From Staphylococcus phage Lacachita: 46,473 nt of DNA. Position 1 is the first letter of the stretch. The number at the start of each line of letters is the position of its first letter. Positions 1-9,682 of the stretch are shown here, in pieces. Both the position numbers and the translations under genes were made by a program. The notes beneath the pieces were generated by a model, which did not search any database, was not told where the DNA came from, and worked only from the letters and a program-made list of their open reading frames with translations. The DNA is taken from the sequence record OP142323.1, one strand, 5' to 3'.

Positions 1-12
1 AGGAGTGGTTAT

Positions 13-1398
13 ATGGTAAATAGTAAAGAAGTTATTTTAAAGCGAGCGCTATTCGAGTTGAGTAGGCGCTCGTATTTAGATTATGTAGAACAAGTGCATT
101 ACTATAAATACTTTCACATGAAGCACACAAGATACATAACAGAAAGATTGCAGCAAATAGCAGAGGGAGAGCAAAAGTATTTAATTGTTGAGCTACCACC
201 ACGACACAGTAAATCGCAAACAATTACCGAGAGCTTTCCGTCGTACTATCTAGGACTTAATCCACGTAATAGAGTAATAGCTACAGCATACAGTGACGGG
301 TTGGCACGTAAGTTTGGCAGGCTTAACCGAAACAAATTAAAAGAGTTCGGCCAAGATATATTCGGCGTTGGATTGTCAGAGGATAATAGCAACGCTAACA
401 ATTGGGATCTAGACAACGGTGTAGGTGGTATGGTGTCTACAGGTATTGGAGGATCTATAACTGGTATGGGTGCGGACTTATTAATTATAGATGATCCAAT
501 CAAAAACAATGAAGAGGCACAATCACAAACCATGCGCGACAAAGTGTGGGACGAGTGGGAAACAACACTGTCAACACGATTACATAAAGGCGCGAGTGTC
601 ATCGTTGTTATGACACGTTGGCACGAAGATGACTTAGTAGGACGATTGCTTGAACGTAGTCCGTATAACTGGGAGCGTATAAGAATACCAGCAATAGCCG
701 AAGATGATGACGACTTATTAGGACGCGAGATAGGACAACCATTAGCGCCAGAGCTAGGCTATGACAAAGAGTGGGCGGATCTTAAAAGCAAAGAAGTAGG
801 AACAAAGACATGGCTTGCATTATACCAACAACGACCTACAGACAGCGAAGGGAATATATTCAACCGTAGTTGGTGGCAGTTCTATGATACATTACCGAAA
901 TACTTTGATGAGCAAATACTCTCGTGGGACTTAACGTTCAAAGATAACAAAGACAATGACTATGTTGTAGGTCAAGTGTGGGGGCGTAGACGTGCTAACT
1001 ATTACTTACTAGATCAAGTGAGAGATCAAATGGACTTCCCTAACACATTGGCAGCAGTGAGACAGTTATCCAGTCGTTATCCTATGGCAAGAATAAAACT
1101 CATAGAGGATAAGGCAAACGGTCCCGCAGTTATATCGACACTTAAAAAAGAAATAGCAGGTATCATACCGGTTAATCCTAAAGGTGGTAAGGTATCTAGA
1201 GCGCAAGCAGTCACACCATTCATTGAGAGTGGCAATGTATTTTTACCTAAGCACAAAGACTTCACATATGATTTAATAGAAGAGAGCGCAAGTTTTCCTA
1301 ACGGAAAGCACGACGATATGGTGGATGCCATGAGCCAAGCGCTATCTCGTATGGCAACAAAACAAAGCGCTGGAATATCTAGCGTTAATATTTGGTAG
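13..1398 (+). CDS. terL: terminase large subunit (Terminase_6-like ATPase/nuclease)
   Basis: 461-aa ORF with RBS AGGAG at 1-5. Deviant Walker A 'PPRHSKS' and acidic 'LLIIDD' Walker B. It sits directly before the portal gene. Confidence 0.85.
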   Translation: MVNSKEVILKRALFELSRRSYLDYVEQVHYYKYFHMKHTRYITERLQQIAEGEQKYLIVELPPRHSKSQTITESFPSYYLGLNPRNRVIATAYSDGLARKFGRLNRNKLKEFGQDIFGVGLSEDNSNANNWDLDNGVGGMVSTGIGGSITGMGADLLIIDDPIKNNEEAQSQTMRDKVWDEWETTLSTRLHKGASVIVVMTRWHEDDLVGRLLERSPYNWERIRIPAIAEDDDDLLGREIGQPLAPELGYDKEWADLKSKEVGTKTWLALYQQRPTDSEGNIFNRSWWQFYDTLPKYFDEQILSWDLTFKDNKDNDYVVGQVWGRRRANYYLLDQVRDQMDFPNTLAAVRQLSSRYPMARIKLIEDKANGPAVISTLKKEIAGIIPVNPKGGKVSRAQAVTPFIESGNVFLPKHKDFTYDLIEESASFPNGKHDDMVDAMSQALSRMATKQSAGISSVNIW

Positions 1399-1408
1399 GA
1401 GGTTTAGT

Positions 1409-3121
1409 ATGTTACTTGAAACATTTAGCAATCAAGACATTATTGATGTGCATGGCGATATGTTTTTCTATCGCAGTATGTATAGAGGGGAACATGCCAA
1501 GATATTTGAAAGGGCAAAAGATTTAGTCGATAAGGGAGAAGCAGTAGACGCTATTAGGTTTGGTAGTCAAAGTCGCGCTTCAAAGTTACAGACACCTTAC
1601 ATCGTAGCTAACGTATCGAAGATGATTGTTGATATACCCTCAACGTTTATTAATCGTTCGTTAGGAGATATAGTAACAACAGTCAACAAAGAGTACGACG
1701 ACATGAGCAATACATATGCTAATCGTGTTGATGAAGGTTACAAAGAACAAGACAATCAAATGAACGGTACAAACGAACAACAAGAAGATGGGGATAACTC
1801 GAATAACTTTGTGAATAACCAGCAAGATATACAAGCTATCGAACAAGAAGAGTTAGAACTTAAAAGGTCACATCAACAAGAAGTGTTAGATGAGATAGCA
1901 GACAACAGTAAGTTAGTAAGACAACATGGTATGAACTTAAGACAATGGCAAATAGACGGTGGCATTGTAGCAGTTCCTGAAATCATAAACGGTAAGCCGC
2001 GTGTTAGCTTCAAAGAGCGCAACGTTTACTATGCACTCGATGACGGTGTTACATATCAATTGAGATATACTATCGAACGTGACGAACAAAAGTATGTGCA
2101 TGTTCACGAAGAGGTAGAAAACGAAACAAGCGTCGACGGGACACATTATCTATACAAAGACAATGGCAATGATAAGTTGGAGTTGATTGAAGATAACGAA
2201 CTGATAGAAGAGATCATAGGTATTCCGTCTGATCATTTACAATACACATTACATGATCGTAACCGTACACTATTTGTTTATTTACCTAACGATCCTTCGT
2301 TTGATAATGAATATGGTTGGAGTGCATTGTTCGGCCAAGAAGGAAAGCAAGACGAGGTCAACTGGACTATCACAAGAGCAGCACAAACATTTGAACGTAA
2401 TGGCAAGCCGCGTATAAGTATCACTAAAGATATATGGGAACAATTACAAAATGCAGCGCTAGAAGAAACAGGGGATCCTAGAAAGATTAATCATCGCAAC
2501 TTAGAAATCACAACAATAGATGAACAGGGACACTCACTAGAAATTCATCAGATAGATACATCAAAGATTGGCGACATTCCATACGTTAAGGATATTATTA
2601 AGTTCATGCTTATGGAAACGCAAACAAGTGAGAAAGCAATCGATTTCTTTAGTGAAGGTAAATCATATGCAGAAAGTGGCACAGCTAAGTTCTATGATTT
2701 ATTCTTATCACTTATGAAAGCGGAACGATTACGTGCAGAGTATGTAGACTTCATACGCCAAGCGTTTGAGAATTGTCTGTGGTTGGCAAGCGTACAAGAT
2801 AACACAATCGAGATAGAACGTCCTGACATTATGCAAAGAGAGATGTTACCTATCACTTCTAAAGAACGTAGAGATATGAACAACGAAAGCTACGAAGCAG
2901 GAACACAATCACTTGAAACAACATTACGCAATATTAATCCTGAAAAGTCTGATGATTGGATAGAGAATGAACTCGAGCGTATTGAAGAAGGCAAACCGTC
3001 TGTAGATAGTTTTAGTTTGTTTAACGGTCAACAGTCGTCATTGAACTTCAACGCCAACCGAGATGGTAACGGAAATTATCCAGATGATATTAACAACACG
3101 ACAGACGGAAGTAGTGAATAA
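1409..3121 (+). CDS. portal protein (SPP1 gp6-like), with N/Q/D-rich insertion
   Basis: 570 aa, immediately after terL and before the MuF-like gene. Length and gene order are typical of siphovirus portals. Residues about 95-150 form a low-complexity Asn/Gln/Asp segment. Confidence 0.65.
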   Translation: MLLETFSNQDIIDVHGDMFFYRSMYRGEHAKIFERAKDLVDKGEAVDAIRFGSQSRASKLQTPYIVANVSKMIVDIPSTFINRSLGDIVTTVNKEYDDMSNTYANRVDEGYKEQDNQMNGTNEQQEDGDNSNNFVNNQQDIQAIEQEELELKRSHQQEVLDEIADNSKLVRQHGMNLRQWQIDGGIVAVPEIINGKPRVSFKERNVYYALDDGVTYQLRYTIERDEQKYVHVHEEVENETSVDGTHYLYKDNGNDKLELIEDNELIEEIIGIPSDHLQYTLHDRNRTLFVYLPNDPSFDNEYGWSALFGQEGKQDEVNWTITRAAQTFERNGKPRISITKDIWEQLQNAALEETGDPRKINHRNLEITTIDEQGHSLEIHQIDTSKIGDIPYVKDIIKFMLMETQTSEKAIDFFSEGKSYAESGTAKFYDLFLSLMKAERLRAEYVDFIRQAFENCLWLASVQDNTIEIERPDIMQREMLPITSKERRDMNNESYEAGTQSLETTLRNINPEKSDDWIENELERIEEGKPSVDSFSLFNGQQSSLNFNANRDGNGNYPDDINNTTDGSSE

Positions 3122-3123
3122 CC

Positions 3124-4161
3124 ATGAAGGAAAATCAAGTCAAAGAAATGGTGCTGTTTCTACAACGTCAAATATCTTTTTTAATATTGAGTGCTAACTT
3201 ATTAGACGACAAAGAAAAAGATAAGATGTTACGAAACATAAACCACCTTATAGAGATAAACCATTACAACGTAACAGAGTTGGTCGGAGAAGAGTTAGCT
3301 AACGAATACCAACAAGAGTTAGAAAATGCTGAAGCGTTATTGCAAGAGCGAGGGTTGGAGTTAAGTACAGCCCTCAACTCAATGGCGCAAGACAACGCGA
3401 TAAGAATTATTGTTAGCGATACAATGGCCGACCTATCAGCAGCATATAGAACAGCGCGAATAAACATGACGAAGAATATTGAAAAGACTATCGGAGAAGT
3501 TAAAGAAGAAATAGCTAAGGGTATCATGTATGGAGATACTAGAAAGAAAACAACTAAACGTGTACAAGAGGCATTTCTTAAAGAGGGTATGACATCGTTC
3601 GTTACGAGTGACGGTAAACAATTGCCGTTAGACTTCTATAGCGAAACAGTAGTTAGAACTAAAACACGTACCGCACGAATAAATGCACACGTTAACACTT
3701 ACGAAGGTTATGGTGTTAACCTAGTCGAAGTTGTTGGTGCAAGTGATCCATGCCCGCACTGTGGTGCATATCATGACATGGTATTCTCAACAGACGGAAA
3801 AGATAAACGATTCCCCCACCTTAACGTAAGGAATGTATTTCCGTTACACCCTAACTGTAGATGTAGTGTCATTCCTTTCGTTGCTCAACTAGAAGATGAG
3901 GAAGTCGTACAAGATAAGATTAATCTATCTAAAGAGTTTGATCCGACGAAAGATAGAAGAACGGAAGAACAAAAGGCCTCATACAAGAAAATGCAAGACG
4001 CTAGAAGGAAAGCAAGACAAGAAGTCAAAGAATATGATAAAATTAAAAGTATATTAGGTAATGACGCGCCTAAAAATATTGGTGCTTATCGTCGTATGAA
4101 ACGTAACAAGTCAAAAGGTTACTTAGAAATACAAAGGCGAATGAGAGCGCTAAGTAGTTAA
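3124..4161 (+). CDS. head morphogenesis / minor head protein (Phage_Mu_F, SPP1 gp7 family)
   Basis: 345 aa carrying the conserved Cys/His motifs 'CPHCGAYHD' and 'HPNCRCSVIP' characteristic of Mu F / SPP1 gp7. Position is right after the portal gene. Confidence 0.75.
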   Translation: MKENQVKEMVLFLQRQISFLILSANLLDDKEKDKMLRNINHLIEINHYNVTELVGEELANEYQQELENAEALLQERGLELSTALNSMAQDNAIRIIVSDTMADLSAAYRTARINMTKNIEKTIGEVKEEIAKGIMYGDTRKKTTKRVQEAFLKEGMTSFVTSDGKQLPLDFYSETVVRTKTRTARINAHVNTYEGYGVNLVEVVGASDPCPHCGAYHDMVFSTDGKDKRFPHLNVRNVFPLHPNCRCSVIPFVAQLEDEEVVQDKINLSKEFDPTKDRRTEEQKASYKKMQDARRKARQEVKEYDKIKSILGNDAPKNIGAYRRMKRNKSKGYLEIQRRMRALSS

Positions 4162-4276
4162 AGCGTATGACCTGACGTAAGTCGTAAAAAGACGTGTCGT
4201 TTTGTTGTGTACGTTAACACGACACTCTAAAATTTGCTGATAAAACAGTGTTAAAAAATGTAAAGGAGTTAAGACA

Positions 4277-4909
4277 ATGGAAAGAAAATTTTTAAAAGAT
4301 TTAGGTATTGAGGACGAAGCTATCGACAAAATTATGGACGAACATGGAAAGGCTACTAACCAATTAAGAGATCAACTAAACAAAAACAAGAATGATCTTA
4401 AAGAGGTTAAAGAGCAACGCGATGAATATCAAAGTAAACTAAAGAACAATGAGTTTAACGAGGACAAACTTAATGCCTTACAAACTAAATATGATGAAGC
4501 ATTAGGTAAAATCGAGGACTATGAAGGACAGTTAAACACTCAATCTTTAGAGAAAGACATCATCAAACGTATTCCTAACGCATACGATACAGACGATGTG
4601 TTGACGTTATTAAATCGCGATAAGTTCGAATATGATGACGATGGCAAAGTCACAAACTTAGATGAAGTGTTAGACGCTTTCAAAGAAGCCAAACCTAACC
4701 TATTCAAAGACGAAGGCGGACAATCAACGCAATCAGCTGGAGAAGGTAAAGGAGAAGGCAATGAAACCGGCGAAGGCAGTGGCGAAGGTTCCGGTGCAGA
4801 TAAGCGTTATGGTTATAGATCAGGTGTTACAAAAGGCAACCCTAAAGGCGAAACAGATCATGACAAACTAGGTAAAGAACTAGCTGATAAGTTTGGTAAG
4901 ATGATATAA
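4277..4909 (+). CDS. scaffolding protein
   Basis: 210-aa acidic, coiled-coil-rich protein with a Gly/Glu-rich C-terminus, lying between the portal/MuF genes and the capsid genes. Confidence 0.55.
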   Translation: MERKFLKDLGIEDEAIDKIMDEHGKATNQLRDQLNKNKNDLKEVKEQRDEYQSKLKNNEFNEDKLNALQTKYDEALGKIEDYEGQLNTQSLEKDIIKRIPNAYDTDDVLTLLNRDKFEYDDDGKVTNLDEVLDAFKEAKPNLFKDEGGQSTQSAGEGKGEGNETGEGSGEGSGADKRYGYRSGVTKGNPKGETDHDKLGKELADKFGKMI

Positions 4910-5025
4910 GCTATAGCGTTTTGTACATTTACTGGTATAATAGTTACAGTCACAACATCTAAGGTGCGATACTGTTTCAATCCGTTGTAGACTATTTATA
5001 TATCTAATCAAGAGGAGGAATAGAA

Positions 5026-5397
5026 ATGAACTTGAAACCAGTTACTAATCAAGTTGTAGACAACCAACCTAAATTTATTATGAGTGGTAAAAATTTAGAA
5101 TGGTCTGTAGGTCAAGTTACTTTAGACGCTTCTAAATTCCAAGAGGGAGAAGTTGTCAAAGCAGGTACAGCTTTATTTAGAGATCCAAGCACTAAACTAT
5201 ATGAAAAAGTTACAGGCGACACACCTGAAACTATGGAAGCGCCAGTATTAACTGGAGCAACTGTTGTTATCAAAGGAACAGAGTCTAATGAAACTGTATC
5301 AGGTCTTAAAAAAGGATCTGTTTATAGCGAGTTGTTAACAGGCGCAACAGATAACTTCAAAAAAGCAGTACAAGGCCGCATTGTATTTGATCTATAA
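5026..5397 (+). CDS. putative head decoration protein (lambda gpD-like position)
   Basis: 123-aa ORF with strong RBS GAGGAGG, located between the scaffold and the gpE-like capsid gene, matching the lambda C-D-E order. Assigned by position only. Confidence 0.3.
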   Translation: MNLKPVTNQVVDNQPKFIMSGKNLEWSVGQVTLDASKFQEGEVVKAGTALFRDPSTKLYEKVTGDTPETMEAPVLTGATVVIKGTESNETVSGLKKGSVYSELLTGATDNFKKAVQGRIVFDL

Positions 5398-5431
5398 TAC
5401 AGTGGGAATACATAACTAGGAGGAATAAATA

Positions 5432-6451
5432 ATGCCATTTATTACGGAGAATGAAAACTTACAACAACCTACGTTGCAGTCTTACATTTCTAATCGCGAA
5501 TCCGAAAAAGTAAGACGCTTAGCTAAGTCTTATCCTGATGAACAAGTGTTTGAAATTAACAACGCTTTTAACATCATTGAAGATACTGGTATCAAAGCCG
5601 GTTCTATTATTGGTTTTGACGCTGAAACACCAATCAGAACTAAACCTCAATTACAACAAATGTTAGTGTCACTTTCTAAGATCGCACACGCACATCACTA
5701 CACAGAAGAAGAGTTATATAAATACTTCAACCCACGTAGTGAAGCAGAGTCTTTAAAAATCATTCAAGACGCGTTCATGAGTATCAATGCTTTAGACGAA
5801 GGTATTGAAGATACTAAAGAATACATTCGTGCGCAAATGACTTACAACGGTAAGCTAGAGTTAGAAGATCCTAAGTCACAAGTTAAGATTGGGTTTGAGT
5901 TCGACCTACCGGAAGAAACATTCATGCAATCAAACGACTTTGCGTCTGACGATGTAAACCCTATCGAAGTATTAGAACAATTGGTAGAACGTTACCAAGA
6001 GAACAATAACCAAACAGCACCAGCTTATATGGTTATGAACAGAAAAACATATAACAAAATTCGTCGTAACAAAAATGTTGTGGCACAGTTATATGGTAAT
6101 GCTTCAGACGGACGTTTAGTTCGCAATGAAGATATGGAAACAATGTTCGCAGACTTTGGATTACCAACATTAGAAATCGACGACAATGTAACAATCATTG
6201 AAGGATTAACTGAAGATGTACGTCACAAACACTTAGAAGATGACAAAGTTGTTATGCACGCTGAACAATTAGGTAACACATTAATCGGTCCAGCAGCAGA
6301 CAATAACTTTGCTATTGGTAAATATGTTGTTAACGTACAAGACAGGGATCCAATCAGTGAGAAAACTATTGTTGGAGAAGTAACAATCCCAGTGCTTAAA
6401 AATCCTAAAGGCGTTGTTATCTTAGAAGCTAAAGGAAACGACACACCCTAA
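5432..6451 (+). CDS. major capsid protein (gpE-like, Phage_cap_E-type)
   Basis: 339 aa with RBS AGGAGG. It follows the scaffold and decoration genes and is followed by a 9-bp stem-loop at 6453-6474. Confidence 0.6.
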   Translation: MPFITENENLQQPTLQSYISNRESEKVRRLAKSYPDEQVFEINNAFNIIEDTGIKAGSIIGFDAETPIRTKPQLQQMLVSLSKIAHAHHYTEEELYKYFNPRSEAESLKIIQDAFMSINALDEGIEDTKEYIRAQMTYNGKLELEDPKSQVKIGFEFDLPEETFMQSNDFASDDVNPIEVLEQLVERYQENNNQTAPAYMVMNRKTYNKIRRNKNVVAQLYGNASDGRLVRNEDMETMFADFGLPTLEIDDNVTIIEGLTEDVRHKHLEDDKVVMHAEQLGNTLIGPAADNNFAIGKYVVNVQDRDPISEKTIVGEVTIPVLKNPKGVVILEAKGNDTP

Positions 6452-6522
6452 GCAACCTCGAAAGGTCGAAGTTGAAACGGGTAGTGATAGCGTGACAATC
6501 TCGACTGAATAGAGGTGCTTAA

Positions 6523-6888
6523 ATGTTTGACGCTAAGAAAACTATTGATTACTTCAAACGCACACCAGCATATAAGAATAAAAGCTACGCGAATATGAAC
6601 GACGATGAATTAGAGTCTGTTCTATTCGACGCATATGAGGACATCGTTTCACTATATCCTAGTGTGACGGTGTCGCCTCGTATGATAGTTAAACAAATGC
6701 TTTTCAAAAAAGAAGCCGACGATAGTGGCTTTGGTATGGCTCAAAGACATGGTCTAGCTAGTAGAAAGATTAATGACGCTAGCATTACATTTAGTGGCAA
6801 CTATAGTTTGTTCGATCCTTACGTTTGGCAAATGATACAAGCGCAACTAGACGATAGGTTAAGGGGAGGTTTCGGACATCTTGTTTGA
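6523..6888 (+). CDS. head-tail connector (gp6/gp15-like)
   Basis: 121 aa. Its stop overlaps the start of the next ORF. Position and size fit the head-tail joining module. Confidence 0.45.
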   Translation: MFDAKKTIDYFKRTPAYKNKSYANMNDDELESVLFDAYEDIVSLYPSVTVSPRMIVKQMLFKKEADDSGFGMAQRHGLASRKINDASITFSGNYSLFDPYVWQMIQAQLDDRLRGGFGHLV

Positions 6889-7228
6889 TCCAATCATTCT
6901 TTTTAACGACACAGTAAAAATAAGAATACCGCAAATCATTGACGGTAAATTAATCAAAGATAAATACGGTAGATCCTTGAGGGAAACAAGAGAAGTCCCA
7001 GCTCATGTTAGATATAGCATGACAAACTATTACACTAACGACGGAGAAGGACGAACGTCTGACGCTCAAGTGTATATCCCTGACGAAGAAATTACTCGCC
7101 TAATTGATTATGAGACGCGTATCATACACACCAATCCTAGTGGCGATGAACAAACTAGAGCAATACAGAAAATAGAATACGGCCAAGATGTAACCGGAGC
7201 GAATGTATTTATTAAGGTGTATCTATGA
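6881..7228 (+). CDS. head closure / head-tail adaptor
   Basis: 115 aa, translationally coupled to its neighbours (ATGA overlap with the next ORF). Confidence 0.4.
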   Translation: MFDPIILFNDTVKIRIPQIIDGKLIKDKYGRSLRETREVPAHVRYSMTNYYTNDGEGRTSDAQVYIPDEEITRLIDYETRIIHTNPSGDEQTRAIQKIEYGQDVTGANVFIKVYL

Positions 7229-7710
7229 GCAATGGACGTATAAGTATCAATATCGAGTTAGAAGGTTTCGAAGAGTTTGCAGACGCAATGGCTAAAATGC
7301 CAAAAGTGTTAATGCACAACTTATCAAAAGAGCTAGGATATGCAGCATTGACAGCCGAGAGGTTGGCAAGACAACTTGCGCCTAGAGATACCGGAGAACT
7401 CGAGGACAGCATACATGCAGGCGCTATAAAGCGAGAAGGCGGTGCGCTTGTTACTTACATTGGTACGAATATGGAGTACGCAAAATATGTTCATGAGTTA
7501 TCGTCTAATCGTATCGGGGATAAATACGACAAAGGTGTCAAGATCACTGGCTACTATGTAGACGGTAGAGGACAACGAACACGAGATAAACCAAGCATAA
7601 AAGGTTACAAGCCCGGACGTAAATATTTAAGAAATGCTATTGTTCTAACTGAGCCATATTTAGAAAAAGCAATGAACAGAGCTATTGAAAAAACATTGGG
7701 AGGTGTCTAA
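7225..7710 (+). CDS. HK97 gp10-family head-tail joining protein
   Basis: 161 aa. The N-terminus 'ELEGFEEFADAMAKMPKVL...ELGYAALTAERLAR' is typical of the HK97 gp10 family. Confidence 0.55.
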   Translation: MSNGRISINIELEGFEEFADAMAKMPKVLMHNLSKELGYAALTAERLARQLAPRDTGELEDSIHAGAIKREGGALVTYIGTNMEYAKYVHELSSNRIGDKYDKGVKITGYYVDGRGQRTRDKPSIKGYKPGRKYLRNAIVLTEPYLEKAMNRAIEKTLGGV

Positions 7711-8093
7711 TGATACAGGAATACATAAAGGACAAGCTAGAGACTAAGTTTAATGACTTAGAATGGAGTGTTGACTATAAAACGTCTGACGGTAATTATG
7801 GCGCTGTCTACTATGACGGTGGCGATATGCCTGATAGAAACGACTTAAAAGGCCGACACGTAAATTATCAAGTAGTTATACAACATGAAGATTTTGAACG
7901 TGCCGAAAGGATAGCGTTTGGCGTCTTTGATATAATTCATGGTATTATAGGTATTAGGACGTATCATTATGACGCGCCTTTGTTTGTTCAATACATATAT
8001 GCTGAAACAGAGCCAATGAGAATTGGTGTTATAAATGACAGAATGCTTTATACAATTAATTTCAATGCTTTAGTTTATAAAGACTATTGCTAA
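7710..8093 (+). CDS. tail completion / tail terminator protein
   Basis: 127 aa between the gp10-like gene and the major tail gene, with an ATGA-type overlap. Confidence 0.35.
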   Translation: MIQEYIKDKLETKFNDLEWSVDYKTSDGNYGAVYYDGGDMPDRNDLKGRHVNYQVVIQHEDFERAERIAFGVFDIIHGIIGIRTYHYDAPLFVQYIYAETEPMRIGVINDRMLYTINFNALVYKDYC

Positions 8094-8111
8094 AAAATAG
8101 GAGGAATACAT

Positions 8112-8951
8112 ATGCTAGCAAGAGGTGCAACAGCACAAAAATATAATTTTGGTATGGCTGATTTCATTATTGACGAAGGTTTACCAACAGAAATTAGATT
8201 TGACGGGCGCTTATGTTCTGATAACTCATACTTACAAGCTGACGGTGGGGAAATCAGTTTAGAACCTGAAACAGAGGACATCGTACTCAAAGACTTTTCC
8301 GAAAAAAACTATGACTACGTTATCACTGGTTGGGACGGTAAAATAACAATCAATGCAAGTGCATATACACTTAAATTAATGAGCGCTTTATTCACAGGTA
8401 CTTATACAGGTGTAGATGAAGAAGGTAACATTAAATGGATTACTGACGCACCTATCGGCTCATCAATGCGAGAGAATGCTCACTCAATCCGCATCCACCC
8501 AAGACAAATGGGCGACGATCGTTCAGAAGATATTTTCGTTTATAAAGCAGTTAACACTAGCGGCTTTGACAGAGAGTTCGACAACGAACAAGCGTCACAC
8601 GAAATTGAATTGGCTATCTTACCTAAGGATTGCGCAGACGCAAGCAAACCAAACAACTATTTCTTCATTGGAGAAAACCCTAAAGACTTTGACGAAAAAG
8701 ACATTTATCAAGGTTATTGGAACAGTGAAGATGTAGGTACTAACTACAATAAATTACCTTTAGTTGGAGATGTTAGAGATCAAGACGATGACTCTGATGT
8801 AGGTGCTGACGGAGATCCAACAGAAACACCTAACGACAATCCAACTGGAGATGTAGAGGATCCTGATCCAGACATGGAAAGAAAACCAGATGAGCCTACA
8901 GACGTTAATGTAGAGCCGGGAGAAACAAGCGCAGACGTTAGCGCTCAATAA
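8112..8951 (+). CDS. major tail protein with acidic Pro/Asp-rich C-terminal tail
   Basis: 279 aa with RBS AGGAGG. It sits upstream of the chaperone/TMP genes. The C-terminal 60 aa are rich in Asp, Pro, Glu and Thr. Confidence 0.6.
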   Translation: MLARGATAQKYNFGMADFIIDEGLPTEIRFDGRLCSDNSYLQADGGEISLEPETEDIVLKDFSEKNYDYVITGWDGKITINASAYTLKLMSALFTGTYTGVDEEGNIKWITDAPIGSSMRENAHSIRIHPRQMGDDRSEDIFVYKAVNTSGFDREFDNEQASHEIELAILPKDCADASKPNNYFFIGENPKDFDEKDIYQGYWNSEDVGTNYNKLPLVGDVRDQDDDSDVGADGDPTETPNDNPTGDVEDPDPDMERKPDEPTDVNVEPGETSADVSAQ

Positions 8952-8983
8952 TTAACGTAAAAAACCTATAAGGAGGTTATACA

Positions 8984-9553
8984 ATGGCTTTAACACTATT
9001 AGTATATAGAGCTGGCGAAGTTATCAAACGACAACCAGCAGCCGAAAGAGGACGTACAACAGTTACTATTGACGGTTTAGAAAGCAACACGACTTATGAT
9101 GAGGGCGACTTCAAATTAGCGTGGACTGACGGAAACCTAGAGAGTGACAAAGTAAACGTGCCAGAGTTTAAAACAAACAAAGTAGGTGTGACTAACATTA
9201 CATCTACACCTGACACTGTTTCATTAACAGTCGGAGAAACACAACAAATCAACACAGTAGTTACGCCTGACGGAGCTAACGATAAGTCACTGACTTATTC
9301 AACAAACAACCAACCCGTCGCTACAGTAACTCAAGATGGATTGATTACAGCAGAGTCATCAGGCCAAGCTACAATCACAGTTAAATCTAATGACGATCCA
9401 ACAGTAACATCAAAAGTTAGAGTAACTGTAAAAGATAAACCGGCTGAAGAACAACCAAGCACTGATGATACAACATCAACAGAACAACCTAATGAGCCAA
9501 GCGAAGATCCTAATGCGGGGGCTGACGGAACATCTGACGCTGAAACTCAATAA
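8984..9553 (+). CDS. Big_2 (bacterial Ig-like) domain tail-surface protein
   Basis: 189 aa. Residues about 65-150 match the Big_2 pattern ('VSLTVGETQQINTVVTPDGANDKSLTYSTNNQPVATVTQDGLITAESSGQATITV'). It has its own RBS AAGGAGG and an acidic C-terminal tail. Confidence 0.6.
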   Translation: MALTLLVYRAGEVIKRQPAAERGRTTVTIDGLESNTTYDEGDFKLAWTDGNLESDKVNVPEFKTNKVGVTNITSTPDTVSLTVGETQQINTVVTPDGANDKSLTYSTNNQPVATVTQDGLITAESSGQATITVKSNDDPTVTSKVRVTVKDKPAEEQPSTDDTTSTEQPNEPSEDPNAGADGTSDAETQ

Positions 9554-9585
9554 TTAAAAAGGGTTTAACTATATTGCAGTATTAT

Positions 9586-9617
9586 GGCTAGGCGTTGAGA
9601 CGCTTAGCCTTTTTTAT
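9586..9617 (+). terminator. rho-independent terminator after major tail / Ig-like genes
   Basis: Stem GGCTAGGCG / CGCTTAGCC with loop TTGAGA, followed by TTTTTTATT. Confidence 0.6.
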
Positions 9618-9682
9618 TAGTGAAATTGTTTTTGTGATATGATATTATTAAATAAGAATAAAAAAGTTAAAGGAGATCAAAA

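Noticed and set aside
8416-8736. 106-aa alternative-frame ORF on the plus strand inside the major tail gene
   Set aside because: It is fully embedded in a gene supported by position and RBS, and has no RBS or start context of its own. Most likely chance.
8949-8986. Possible programmed frameshift fusing the major tail protein to the Big_2 ORF
   Set aside because: The -1 frame upstream of 8984 is closed by TAA at 8969-8971, which lies past the MTP stop at 8949-8951, so the two frames do not overlap and no fusion is possible.
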